Shown piece by piece: positions 25,648 to 35,190 of a DNA stretch of 64,000 nt. Position 1 is the stretch's first letter; the number at the start of each line of letters is the position of its first letter. Location of the stretch: NCBI GenBank assembly GCA_041661685.1, contig JBAZTY010000001.1, positions 320,691 to 384,690 of the forward strand, written 5' to 3'. Made by a program: the position numbers and the translations under genes. Origin of the DNA: Patescibacteria group bacterium (GTDB lineage Bacteria > Patescibacteriota > Patescibacteriia > Patescibacteriales > UBA12465). The notes below the pieces were generated by a model, which was given only the letters and a program-made list of their open reading frames with translations, was not told where the DNA came from and searched no databases.

Positions 25648-27603
25648 TTATTTTCTAGTCTTCGGAACTTGATAATACTTTAGCATGAAGTCAGCTATCT
25701 CTGTCCAGAGTGGCAGAGCCGAGCCTTCGGCAAATTCCACGTCTTTAGGAGAATCTATCTTAGTCAGCATAACGAAAGTCGGGTTATTAATCGGCGCGAT
25801 GCCGACGAAGGTATGGATATATTTATCGGTGCTGTAGCCGCCATTAACGGCTACTTGAGCCGTGCCGGTCTTGCCGCCGATATAATAGCCATCAATATAA
25901 GCGCGCTTAGAGTGGCCATTCTCGACGACATTGACGAGCATAGCCGAGATGGTCGCCGCCGTTTCGGCGCTAATGACCTGGCGCAATTGCTTAGGGATCA
26001 TCTCTTCTCTCTTGCCGTCCCTAATGATCGCCTGAACGACATACGGCTTCATCAGTACCCCCTTATTGGCTATAGCCTGATAAGACATGACCATCTGGAG
26101 CGGCGTGACAGACAAGCCTTGACCGAAGGAAGTCACAGCCGCATCTATCTCTCTGACCTTACTAGACAAGAGATTGCCGATGCTGCCCGCCGCTTCTCCT
26201 TCCAGCTCAATACCAGTTTTTTCTCCGAAACCATAATTTTTCACATAATCGGCAAAGACTTTAGGGCCGGCCTGACGCATCGCGAAAATCGCGCCCGTAT
26301 TCAAAGAGTTCTCTAAAACAAAATTCATATCGACGACGCCGTGCCCGCCCTTAGTAGCGAAATCGGAATTTCTGATCGGCTTCGGCCAGCCATTAATCAT
26401 AATCTGTCCCTCATCCTTATACGTCGTCGCGGGAGAAACCTTCCCCTGATCAATAGCAATAGACATGGTCACAGTCTTGAAGACCGAACCCGGTTCATAT
26501 TGATTAAACAAGGCTGGATTATTATAAACGCTGATATCGGCCACATCTTTATAATCATTCGGATTGAAATCAGGGATCGAACACATCGCGATGATTGCTC
26601 CGGTCTTCGGATTGATAGCGATGACTGAGCCCCCTTCGGCGCCATGCTTTTTGACTGCTTCCTTGAGTTTCTCGCAGGCGATGAATTCGACATTGCGATC
26701 CAGCGTCAAAACTAAGTCGGATCCGTCTACCGGCGGGACATATTCGCGGTCGTTAACGATAATGACATTGCCTTGACCGCCCTTTTCTGACTTGAGTGAT
26801 CCGTATTTTCCGAATAATTCATCATTAAAAAATTCCTCTAAGCCATATTTGCCATTGCCTTCGTCATTCGAGTAGCTGACAAACCCCAAGACATGAGAGG
26901 CAATCTCATTTTCCGGGTAATAACGGAAACTTTGCAGATCAAAGCTTAGGCCGGGTATCTGCAAGCGCGCAGCCGTCGTCGAGGCGACGCCGGGCGCTGC
27001 CTTAATCAAGACTTCGCCGTTCTTCAACTCCAAGTTAGCGGATAAGAGAGGCGTCGAAGTCGTACTGCCTAAATAGGCAAAAAGGGATAATAATTTTTCC
27101 GTATCGATCTTCTTGCCTTCAAGCGGTTCATAGACGTCTCCCGGCTTATCCAATCTTTTCAGATAGGCGGCTAGGATAGCGTCCTTAGTCGAAGTCGCGA
27201 TCGGTTCCGTGCCGCTAGCTGAATCTTTGAGCTCCGCTTCTAAACGGGGCTTATCGAAAAATTCATACATCTTTTCCGCTAGGTCTTTCGGATTAACGAC
27301 ATCTTTGGGAACGGCAAACAGGACTGCCAAATCCTTATTAGTCGCGACCGGATATAATTTTTCCTGGCCATTAACCTTCTCGGTAAAGTATATTTTTCCC
27401 CGTTCCGGCTTGAGCTGGCTGGAAACCTGCTGCTGATTGGCGGCCATCGCCGTATAGAGATCGCATTGCTTAATCTGCACGTTGAACAGCTTATAGATTA
27501 GGGCGCCTGAAAATAAAAAAATAATCGCTACGACTGAACGCCAGCGATTACTATTGATCCTGATCTTGTCCGGCCGGGAGTTGTTCAGAGAATTACGCCA
27601 CAT
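25648..27603 (-). CDS. ftsI: Penicillin-binding protein 2/FtsI-type transpeptidase
   Basis: 651 aa. N-terminal TM, dimerisation domain, and the transpeptidase motifs S-x-x-K (GSVFK), S-x-N (ENSLN) and K-T-G (GGKTGTA). Confidence 0.9.
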   Translation of the reverse strand: MWRNSLNNSRPDKIRINSNRWRSVVAIIFLFSGALIYKLFNVQIKQCDLYTAMAANQQQVSSQLKPERGKIYFTEKVNGQEKLYPVATNKDLAVLFAVPKDVVNPKDLAEKMYEFFDKPRLEAELKDSASGTEPIATSTKDAILAAYLKRLDKPGDVYEPLEGKKIDTEKLLSLFAYLGSTTSTPLLSANLELKNGEVLIKAAPGVASTTAARLQIPGLSFDLQSFRYYPENEIASHVLGFVSYSNDEGNGKYGLEEFFNDELFGKYGSLKSEKGGQGNVIIVNDREYVPPVDGSDLVLTLDRNVEFIACEKLKEAVKKHGAEGGSVIAINPKTGAIIAMCSIPDFNPNDYKDVADISVYNNPALFNQYEPGSVFKTVTMSIAIDQGKVSPATTYKDEGQIMINGWPKPIRNSDFATKGGHGVVDMNFVLENSLNTGAIFAMRQAGPKVFADYVKNYGFGEKTGIELEGEAAGSIGNLLSSKVREIDAAVTSFGQGLSVTPLQMVMSYQAIANKGVLMKPYVVQAIIRDGKREEMIPKQLRQVISAETAATISAMLVNVVENGHSKRAYIDGYYIGGKTGTAQVAVNGGYSTDKYIHTFVGIAPINNPTFVMLTKIDSPKDVEFAEGSALPLWTEIADFMLKYYQVPKTRK

Positions 27604-27620
27604 AGGATGCAGGTTAAGAT

Positions 27621-27977
27621 TTATTTTTTAGCGACAGCCAAGCTGTTGGAAGAAAGATATTCGACGTCGCCGATAGCCACCATATGGAGGCTGCCGGTGC
27701 GTTCGTTCAAAGAATAATAAGATTGAGCTGCGTTGACCGCCTCCTCATTAGCCATCTTTTCGCTGGCTAAAGAAGCGACTTGCGATTTCAAATCGCGAAG
27801 CGCAAACCCCTGAACAGTCAGATCGCTGATATTTATCAGATACATGACGCCTAGAGCTGCTAAACCAGAAAACAGACAAATATTGAAATACTTCAAATTA
27901 AACCTGCTGTCGGTGCAAGTAGCTCTCTGACTAGCATAATTAGTGGCTATCTTGGTCATAAGAATTTTTTTCAACAT
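27621..27977 (-). CDS. ftsL: FtsL-like cell-division protein (by position and topology)
   Basis: 118 aa with a single TM (ICLFSGLAALGVMYLI) followed by a short helical ectodomain. Located between rsmH and ftsI as in other dcw clusters. Sequence similarity itself is not diagnostic. Confidence 0.6.
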   Translation of the reverse strand: MLKKILMTKIATNYASQRATCTDSRFNLKYFNICLFSGLAALGVMYLINISDLTVQGFALRDLKSQVASLASEKMANEEAVNAAQSYYSLNERTGSLHMVAIGDVEYLSSNSLAVAKK

Positions 27978-28021
27978 CCCAGCTCAAAGCTGGAAGAATC
28001 TTATATTAATTTAAAAATTAT

Positions 28022-28909
28022 CTAGATTTTAACCGCGGCGCGGAGCTTAGCGCTGCGGGCGCGGGGGTTTTCTTCGATTTCATCCTCTGGCGGCACTTCC
28101 GGGCGCTTAGTCAATATCTTCCAGCCGGGCGTATCTTTTAAATATCTTTTAACTATCCTATCTTCGCCGCTATGGAAAGAGACGATGACCAATCTTCCTC
28201 CGGTTTTTAAGATCTTAGCGGCGGCCGGCAGCGCTTCGGAAAGAGCCGCTAGCTCTTCATTAGTTTCCATTCTCAAAGCTTGAAAGACCTTGGTCGCGGG
28301 ATGGATGCGGGAACGGAAGCGAGGCGGAACCGCCCTCTCGATCAGGGCGACTAATTCAGCCGTCGTTTCTAATTTCTTGACGCGCCGGCCCTCAACTATT
28401 GCCTTAGCAATATGATAGGCTTCACGCTCTTCGCCATATTCTCTAAATATCCTAGTCAATTCCAGAAGCGAATAATGGTTGACTATATCAACGGTAGAAT
28501 TCTCGTTAATCGGACCGAAGGCCATATCCAGGGGACGGTTTCCTTTGAAAGAGAAGCCGCGGTCTTCGTCATCGAGCTGAGCCGAGGAGAGCCCTAGGTC
28601 CATCACGATACCATCGAACTTTTCTGACTGAGAATAATTTTCTCTAACCAGCGTTTCCAAATTTTTAAAATTACCTTGGACTAACGTAATATTCTGCAAT
28701 TTCTTGTTTTTAATCTCAGTGGCGGCGTTAGCGAGAGCTAAATTATCCAGATCGATTCCGACCACTCTTCCCTTTTCCCCGACTTTTTCCGCGAGAGCCA
28801 AAGTATAGCCGGCTCCGCCTAAAGTGCAATCGACGAATTTCTGTCCAGGCAGCGGGTTCAGGAATTTCAGGACATCTCTCAGCATGACCGGCTTATGACT
28901 GTAAACCAT
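28022..28909 (-). CDS. rsmH: 16S rRNA (cytosine1402-N4)-methyltransferase
   Basis: 295 aa. HKPVMLRDVL, FVDCTLGGAGYT, DLGLSSAQLD and SFHSGEDRIVK are RsmH/MraW signatures. Confidence 0.95.
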   Translation of the reverse strand: MVYSHKPVMLRDVLKFLNPLPGQKFVDCTLGGAGYTLALAEKVGEKGRVVGIDLDNLALANAATEIKNKKLQNITLVQGNFKNLETLVRENYSQSEKFDGIVMDLGLSSAQLDDEDRGFSFKGNRPLDMAFGPINENSTVDIVNHYSLLELTRIFREYGEEREAYHIAKAIVEGRRVKKLETTAELVALIERAVPPRFRSRIHPATKVFQALRMETNEELAALSEALPAAAKILKTGGRLVIVSFHSGEDRIVKRYLKDTPGWKILTKRPEVPPEDEIEENPRARSAKLRAAVKI

Positions 28910-28932
28910 ATTAATATTAATTAAGCCGTCCG

Positions 28933-29364
28933 TTATATCCCCAAGTCCCCCAATTCTTCCGCAATCGCGTTGCTATTCTTTTCTGATTCGCTCTTATATT
29001 TATTCCAAGCGCTTTCATCCCAAATTTCTAAATGATTATACAAACCGGCGACGATGATGCTCTTCTTCAGTCCCGAGAACTTGCGCAGATATTCCGGCAA
29101 AGTTATTCTGCCCTGGTTATCGAATTCGACATCCATAGCGCCGGCTAACATGTGGCGGGAAAAAGAACGCGCTGAAGCTTGGCTAATCGGCAAAGCCGCG
29201 AACTTAGCGGCGATCTTTTCGAATTGCTCAAGCGAATACAGAAACAAGCAATTATCCAAACCCTTAGTAACAACAGCCCCCTTTTTCAAGATAGCGCGAA
29301 ACTTAGCCGGAATGGCCAAGCGTCCTTTATCATCCAGGTTATGATTGTATTCGCCGATAAACAT
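28933..29364 (-). CDS. mraZ: Transcriptional regulator MraZ
   Basis: 143 aa. MFIGEYNHNLDDKGRLAIPAKFR plus a second DxxxR half (FDNQGRITLPEYLR). First gene of the dcw block. Confidence 0.95.
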   Translation of the reverse strand: MFIGEYNHNLDDKGRLAIPAKFRAILKKGAVVTKGLDNCLFLYSLEQFEKIAAKFAALPISQASARSFSRHMLAGAMDVEFDNQGRITLPEYLRKFSGLKKSIIVAGLYNHLEIWDESAWNKYKSESEKNSNAIAEELGDLGI

Positions 29365-29430
29365 ACGAGTTTGATAAATGAAGAGCGAGCTCTTTCACCT
29401 CGTCTCCCCACAATTCACCTTACAAGTATT

Positions 29431-29459
29431 ATTATACACCACGTAGCCCCTAGGGTCAA
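29431..29459 (-). promoter_or_regulatory. Near-consensus sigma-70 promoter of the mraZ operon
   Basis: Minus strand reads TTGACC (29459..29454), a 17-nt spacer, then TATAAT (29436..29431). The -10 lies about 66 nt upstream of the mraZ ATG. Confidence 0.65.
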
Positions 29460-29489
29460 CACTAATCTTTTCATTAAAATAAGCTAAAA

Positions 29490-29527
29490 AATCAAATAAA
29501 AAGCCACTTATCAACAAGCGGCTTTTT
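29490..29527 (-). terminator. Rho-independent terminator of the 1024-aa surface protein gene
   Basis: Minus strand AAAAAGCCGCTT-gttgat-AAGTGGCTTTTTATTTGATTTTTT. The stem contains a G-U pair only in the minus-strand RNA, which fits the orientation. Confidence 0.7.
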
Positions 29528-29656
29528 AAATAAAAATAATTTGTCAAAAATGTCTAAAAGTTTTCAACAGTTAGAACACAGGCTAAAAAATGATAAATGA
29601 CGGCACTCCGATATCATAAGATAATTTTTGTAACTACGATTCCGAACTTCAGACTA

Positions 29657-32600
29657 TTAATCGATTGTGCCTTCTCCAATTTTCAGCAAATCGCTGTCGG
29701 TGATCCCTAGCCCGTTAGAGCGCATCAAAGCAAAAGCGTCCGCCGGGCGGCCGAGATAATATAATTTCAAATCGAGCGGATTAACATAATAAGCTTGACC
29801 CTTATCCTGGACTTGCAGAAGTATTCTCCCAGACAAGCGACGAGGAACCGCGACTGATTTGAACGACTCGATATCTTTATCAGAGACTCCCAAACCTAAT
29901 TCCCGCATTAGGTTATAAGCATCAGCCGGGCGCCCCAGATAATATCTAAAATTATTGACCGGATTTATATACCAAGCTTCACCGTGAGACTGAACCTGCA
30001 AAAGGATGCGGCCGGAGAGACGAGAAGAAAGGGGCGAAGACGGAACAACGGAGACGCTAGTGGCCACCGGAGAAATATCAGAAGAAGCAAGATTCGAAGA
30101 AGAAGAAGAAGAAGAATCAACAGAAAAATTTCTCTTAAGGGTAACAACTAAAGAAACCGGCTCCGACCCCTGCCCCCAGGTACTAAAGTATTTAGCATAG
30201 ACAGTATAATCCCCGTCGAGACAGGAGCTGGAGCTTTGGCAGAGGTCGTAGCTATATGTCGGGACATAGTCCAGCAATGATGATTTGGTGAAATCGGAAC
30301 TCGGGCTGATGGCTAGGCGGTTGATTAATGAATTGCCAAAATTATTAAATCGGAGAGTGACGACAGAATCATTAGTGGTTATTGGAATATCATTATTAAT
30401 AGAAAATTTAAGAGCGCCAAAAGAACTATCACCCGCGCTTGAATAACTAGCTCCTCCGTTAATAATGGCCTCGGGACTATAAGCGGCCTCAGCAGGCAGA
30501 CTATCATTAGCATGCACAACAACTAGCCTGGTGGCAGTACTAATATTACCGGCGGCATCAGTTACGGTATATCTGACAATATAGTCCCCGGCCGCACCGG
30601 TATTTACAGGATTATCGACAACGATAGACGAACTTATATCTCCAGAAATGGCGTCTGCCGCGGTCGCACCGGCATCACTATATCTCTGGCCACGATTAAT
30701 ATCGACGACGCTAGAGCCGATAAGAGAAATAATCGGGGAAGTTTCATATTCACGACCAAGATATATATGCCCGCCTAAAACACCGACAACGAGCCGAGAA
30801 AAATCAAAATTAGCGCTACCGATCTCCCATGTCTTGTCAGTATCTCCGACTGGGCTAATCTCCGTCCAAGCAATGCCATAATCAGAGGAAATAAATAAGC
30901 GCTTTTGATTACTAACAATTATATGAGATCCTTCCGGATTATAAACAGCGCGAATCCAGCTTCCATCAGTATCGCCATCCGGGCGCGTTTCTGTCCAGGT
31001 TGCTCCATAATCAGAAGAAACATAAAGACGACCGCCTAATATTCCGGCAACGAGCCTGGATCCGTCTGCGTTAGAATCACAGGAATACCACCCCGATTCA
31101 GTTACTCCTAACGGAGTGCTTGTCGCCCAAGTAACGCCATAATCAGAAGAGGTATAAAGATACCCGCCATAAACGCCAGCAATAATATGCGAACCGTCAG
31201 CGCTAGAAGCGGCACATTTCCAAAGCTGGCTTCCTGCTGCGGGAGGCGAACTAGTCGCCCAAGCAACGCCATAATTAGAAGAGGTATAAAGATACCCGCC
31301 ATAAACGCCAGCGATAAGATTAGAGCCGTCAGAATCAGAGGCTAAAGCTGTTCTCCAATTCGCATCAACATTTCCAACGGGCTGCCGTTCCGTCCATATC
31401 ACACCGTAATCGGATGAAGTATATAACCGGCCGCCATTAATACCAGCGATGAGCCGAGAACCATCGGAATTAGATACTAGCCCGTACCAATTCTTATCAA
31501 TATCTCCGGCGGGTTGCCGCTCAATCCATGTCGCGCCGTAATTAGACGAAGTATATAGCCGACCTAGGGCGCCCGCGATGACAAGGTTGGCGCCATTATA
31601 ATCAGACGATCCTGTTTTCCAATTTCGGTTATAATTCATTACCTGCCGTTCCACCCATGTCACCCCATAATCAGAGGAAAAATAAAAACGCCCCCCATAA
31701 ACTCCGGCGACAAGATGGGAACCGTCGGCATCAGAAGAAAACGGACGCCATTTTTGATCAGTATCTCCGACTGGACGAGTTTCTGACCAAGTAGCCCCAT
31801 AATTAGAAGAAATATATAACCGGCCACTAAATGCTCCGGCGGTAAGATTTTGGCCATCCTGGCTAGAAGACACTGAAGTCCAAGTTTTATTTATATCTCC
31901 GGCCGGACGAGTTTCTGACCAAGTAGCCCCATAATTAGAAGAAATATAAACACGACCCGTGCTGGCAGCGGCAATAAGATGAGAGCCATCAGCGTCAGAA
32001 GACACTGCCGACCATGTTTTAATTATATTACCGGCCGGTTGAACTTCTGACCAAACAGCCCCAGAACTGGTAGAGATATAGAGGCGGCCGCCGCCAATAC
32101 CGACAAATAAATGAGAACCGTCAGCGTCAGAAGACACCGGACGCCAATTCTGATTAGTGTCCCCAACCGGACGAGTTTCTGACCAGGTAGCCCCATAATC
32201 GGAAGAAACATAGAGGCGGCCTCCATAGACGCTAGCTATAAGATTGGAACCATCTGAATCAGAAGCAACTCTCTGCCAGCTCTGGGTAGTATCCCCGGCC
32301 GGACGCGCCTCTGACCAGGTAGCTCCATAATCAGAAGAGACATAAAGGCGGCCATTACTGGCGGCAGCGATAAGGTTGGAACCGTCAGAATCAGAAGCTA
32401 CTCCAACCCACGCAGCGTCAACATCTCCGGCCGGTTGCACCTCGTTAAAAGTTTCGCCATAATCCGCAGAAGTATAAAGGCGACCGCCATTAATGCCAGC
32501 AATAAGTCGGGAACCATCGGAATTAAGCGCCATAATCTGCCAATTGATATTCAAATTAAGAGGAAAAGACTCCGAGATATCAGTCCAAGAATAAGCAGCC

Positions 32601-32731
32601 GAGACAGAGTTTGGAAGATAAAAAACACATAGAGCGAGCAACGACGCTAATAGCAAACGGAAAAATTTTGTTCTAGGCACGACTATTCTAGTCGTAATTG
32701 TTTTTATTCTTATATATTTAATCGTATTCAT
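29657..32731 (-). CDS. Large secreted protein: 14-blade Asp-box beta-propeller repeats + Ig-like domain + 2x GRILLQV module
   Basis: 1024 aa with these parts:
- a signal/anchor (LLLASLLALCVFYLPNSVSAAY)
- 14 units of ~44 aa, each with G-G-R-L-Y-x-S-S-D-Y-G-x-T-W (BNR/Asp-box-like)
- an Ig-like segment (GDYIVRYTVTDAAGNISTATRLVVV)
- a poly-Ser linker
- two C-terminal repeats (GRILLQVQSHGEAWYINPVNNFRYYLGRPADAYNLMRELGLGVSDKD and GRILLQVQDKGQAYYVNPLDLKLYYLGRPADAFALMRSNGLGITDSD). Confidence 0.85.
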   Translation of the reverse strand: MNTIKYIRIKTITTRIVVPRTKFFRLLLASLLALCVFYLPNSVSAAYSWTDISESFPLNLNINWQIMALNSDGSRLIAGINGGRLYTSADYGETFNEVQPAGDVDAAWVGVASDSDGSNLIAAASNGRLYVSSDYGATWSEARPAGDTTQSWQRVASDSDGSNLIASVYGGRLYVSSDYGATWSETRPVGDTNQNWRPVSSDADGSHLFVGIGGGRLYISTSSGAVWSEVQPAGNIIKTWSAVSSDADGSHLIAAASTGRVYISSNYGATWSETRPAGDINKTWTSVSSSQDGQNLTAGAFSGRLYISSNYGATWSETRPVGDTDQKWRPFSSDADGSHLVAGVYGGRFYFSSDYGVTWVERQVMNYNRNWKTGSSDYNGANLVIAGALGRLYTSSNYGATWIERQPAGDIDKNWYGLVSNSDGSRLIAGINGGRLYTSSDYGVIWTERQPVGNVDANWRTALASDSDGSNLIAGVYGGYLYTSSNYGVAWATSSPPAAGSQLWKCAASSADGSHIIAGVYGGYLYTSSDYGVTWATSTPLGVTESGWYSCDSNADGSRLVAGILGGRLYVSSDYGATWTETRPDGDTDGSWIRAVYNPEGSHIIVSNQKRLFISSDYGIAWTEISPVGDTDKTWEIGSANFDFSRLVVGVLGGHIYLGREYETSPIISLIGSSVVDINRGQRYSDAGATAADAISGDISSSIVVDNPVNTGAAGDYIVRYTVTDAAGNISTATRLVVVHANDSLPAEAAYSPEAIINGGASYSSAGDSSFGALKFSINNDIPITTNDSVVTLRFNNFGNSLINRLAISPSSDFTKSSLLDYVPTYSYDLCQSSSSCLDGDYTVYAKYFSTWGQGSEPVSLVVTLKRNFSVDSSSSSSSNLASSDISPVATSVSVVPSSPLSSRLSGRILLQVQSHGEAWYINPVNNFRYYLGRPADAYNLMRELGLGVSDKDIESFKSVAVPRRLSGRILLQVQDKGQAYYVNPLDLKLYYLGRPADAFALMRSNGLGITDSDLLKIGEGTID
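30745..32560 (-). repeat. Intragenic tandem repeat array, 132-bp period (14 propeller blades)
   Basis: The 44-nt string GGACGAGTTTCTGACCAAGTAGCCCCATAATTAGAAGAAATATA occurs exactly at 31773..31816 and 31905..31948, an offset of 132 nt. A second near-identical pair lies around 31140..31185 and 31272..31317. Confidence 0.85.
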
Positions 32732-32766
32732 ATAGTAACCGAGGAATTAACCAAATAAAAATACGT

Positions 32767-33774
32767 TCAACCGGCTTTCGACCAAGCATCTTTTATGTCC
32801 TTTAAATTAACAACTTTCACGAGCCGCTCCCTAATCTTCGCCGCTCCGGGTAAGCCAACGACATACCAGACCAGATGCTTGCGCAATTCAATCAGACCAA
32901 TCTTCCCTTTCAATTTAGAGACCAGCGTCGCGTGATCCAAAGCAATCTTAAAGATTGCTTTCGGTTTCAAATCGATAATTCGATCTTTTTTTATCTCCTT
33001 AAATAGCCACGGCCGACCCAAGATGCCGCGCGCTAAACCAAGACCATCGGCGCCGCTCGCTTTCAAGACTCTCTTAGCGCCATTAAGATCATTAATGCCG
33101 CCATTAGCCAGGACCACACCTTTAAAATATTTACGCGCGTCTTTTATAATCTTCCAATCCGGCTCGCCGGCAAATCCCTGAGCGTGAGTTCGGCCATGAA
33201 TCATTATTGCGGACACCGGCAAATCGGAAATATTTTTTAAAAATTCTAACGCGTTGATTTCGCCTGACTTCGCTCTGATCTTGATCGAAATCGGCAAATC
33301 AGTATTCGCGAGCACCGCCTCGATCGCGGCACGCGCCCGCTTCAGGTCTTTCATTAAACCGCAGCCCGCTCCCTGCTTCACGACCTTAGGCACCGGACAG
33401 CCGAAATTAATATCAATTCCGTCCGGCTTTATCTTCTCGGTAATAATTTTAGCGGCCGCGGCAAAATGCTGCGGCTCCGCTCCGAAAAGCTGAACGACAT
33501 AATATTTCTCTTTCGCTCGATCGAACTTTAATAATTTTATAGTCGAATTCTTAAAAATCTTATTGGCAGCGCCTTGGCCTTTAGCGCCATTATTATCAAT
33601 CCGGCCCAGCGTATAAAAAAGCGCGGCTGCGGAAGCCATCTCGCTATACAAAACATCCGCCCCATATTTTTTGCATACTTGGCGGAAAGCCGAATCCGTA
33701 AAACCGGCTAAAGGCGCGAGCGCCAAAATCGGCTGGCGACGCTGCTGTAATTTTTCCCAAAAATTAATAGGCAT
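32767..33774 (-). CDS. dus: tRNA-dihydrouridine synthase
   Basis: 335 aa. LAPLAGFTDSAFRQV, INFGCPVPKV (catalytic Cys) and TIHGRT-like IMIHGRTHAQ are typical of the Dus family. Its start abuts the cysS stop. Confidence 0.9.
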   Translation of the reverse strand: MPINFWEKLQQRRQPILALAPLAGFTDSAFRQVCKKYGADVLYSEMASAAALFYTLGRIDNNGAKGQGAANKIFKNSTIKLLKFDRAKEKYYVVQLFGAEPQHFAAAAKIITEKIKPDGIDINFGCPVPKVVKQGAGCGLMKDLKRARAAIEAVLANTDLPISIKIRAKSGEINALEFLKNISDLPVSAIMIHGRTHAQGFAGEPDWKIIKDARKYFKGVVLANGGINDLNGAKRVLKASGADGLGLARGILGRPWLFKEIKKDRIIDLKPKAIFKIALDHATLVSKLKGKIGLIELRKHLVWYVVGLPGAAKIRERLVKVVNLKDIKDAWSKAG

Positions 33775-35184
33775 TTATTTTTTTCGGCTCAGTTTATATC
33801 CGTCTTTACCGTCTTCCATGATATAGCCATTCTCCTCGATGCGCTTCCTGAGGTTATCGGCCAGCTCCCACTCCTTAGTTTCGCGGGCGGACTGGCGTCT
33901 TAAAACTAGATCCTGCATTGATTTAGGCAAATCGCTTAATTTTAATTCCTCCTCCGTTTTTTCTCCGGCTTTTTCTAAACCTAGCCCGAGAACCTTATCA
34001 AAATCCATGATGGTCGCTTTCTTATCGGCCGCGCTGATCTTAGCTTTTAAGACGGCCGAAACGATCGCCAGCGCTTTCGGCAGATTAAGATCGTCATTGA
34101 TAGCGGCCAAGAAATCATCTTTAAAATCCTGATTAACCGCGCCGGTAGCCGCTCCCAGATTCTTCACTTGATTATACAGGCTCTTCAAGCCGAGAGCGGC
34201 TTGAGACAGGCTATCATCGCTATATTCCATCGGCTTGCGATAATGGACCTGCAGGGCGGCGAAACGATAAGCCAGCGGATCCAAACCTTTATTAACCAAA
34301 GCATTTTGAATAGTCAAAAAATTATCGGCGCTCTTGGCCATCTTCTTGCCGCCAGTGATGTTTAAAAAAGCGCCATGTATCCAATAATTAAAAAACTTCT
34401 TGCCGGTCGCAGCCTCGCTTTGAGCGATTTCATTCGTATGATGGATATTGATATGGTCCATGCCGCCGCAATGAATATCAAGCTGAGCTCCGAGATATTT
34501 TAAGCTCATGGCCGAACATTCGATATGCCAACCCGGAAAGCCGACGCCCCAAGGGGATTTCCATTCCATCTGGCGCTTGGTTCCCTTCGGAGAGAGTTTC
34601 CACAAAGCAAAATCTGTCGGATTCTTTTTTTCAGCATTCACTTCTACGCGCGCACCCTCCTTAAGTTCTGACAAAGGCAGATGGCTCAGCTTATTATAAT
34701 TCTTGACCTTAGAAGTATCAAAATAGATTCCGTCTGAAGTCTTATAGGTATAACCTTTAGTTTCCAAAGTCTTAATCATCTTAATCTGCTCCGGAATATT
34801 GTCCGTCGCTTTGCACCAAATATCCGGTTCCAAGATATTCAAAGCGGCCATATCCTTCCTGAAAGCGGCCAAATAAAAATCAGCGATATCCCAGGCGCTC
34901 TTTCCTTCCCGGGCGGCGCCACGCTCCATCTTGTCCTCTCCCATGTCCATATCTCCGGTCAGATGGCCGACGTCAGTCACGTTCATGACGCGCTTGAGCC
35001 GATAGCCGTCATACTTCAAAGCGCGCACTAAGAGATCCTCAAAAATATAGGTGCGCAGATTGCCGATATGAGCATAATTATAAACCGTCGGTCCGCAAGT
35101 ATAGACGCCGGCTTCATTGCGCCTGATCGACTGGAACTCTTCTTTCTTCTTGGACAGAGTATTGTAGAGGGTAATAGGGGTCAT
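33775..35184 (-). CDS. cysS: Cysteine--tRNA ligase
   Basis: 469 aa. HIGH motif (YAHIGNLRTY), KMSKS motif (KKMAKSADN) and Zn/Cys-binding CGPTVY ... HIECS. Confidence 0.96.
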   Translation of the reverse strand: MTPITLYNTLSKKKEEFQSIRRNEAGVYTCGPTVYNYAHIGNLRTYIFEDLLVRALKYDGYRLKRVMNVTDVGHLTGDMDMGEDKMERGAAREGKSAWDIADFYLAAFRKDMAALNILEPDIWCKATDNIPEQIKMIKTLETKGYTYKTSDGIYFDTSKVKNYNKLSHLPLSELKEGARVEVNAEKKNPTDFALWKLSPKGTKRQMEWKSPWGVGFPGWHIECSAMSLKYLGAQLDIHCGGMDHINIHHTNEIAQSEAATGKKFFNYWIHGAFLNITGGKKMAKSADNFLTIQNALVNKGLDPLAYRFAALQVHYRKPMEYSDDSLSQAALGLKSLYNQVKNLGAATGAVNQDFKDDFLAAINDDLNLPKALAIVSAVLKAKISAADKKATIMDFDKVLGLGLEKAGEKTEEELKLSDLPKSMQDLVLRRQSARETKEWELADNLRKRIEENGYIMEDGKDGYKLSRKK

Positions 35185-35190
35185 AATATT

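Noticed and set aside
31108-32226. Antisense or alternative-frame ORFs inside the propeller gene (31108..31302, 31660..31857, 32023..32226) and similar ones elsewhere (for example 15408..15887, 26341..26628, 53344..53838)
   Set aside because: All are embedded in longer ORFs with clear domain content. The repetitive or biased composition keeps alternative frames open.
30745-32560. Regularly spaced 132-bp repeats that could be mistaken for a CRISPR-like or satellite array
   Set aside because: The repeats are in frame inside one long ORF and encode propeller blades. There are no unique spacers, no leader and no cas genes.
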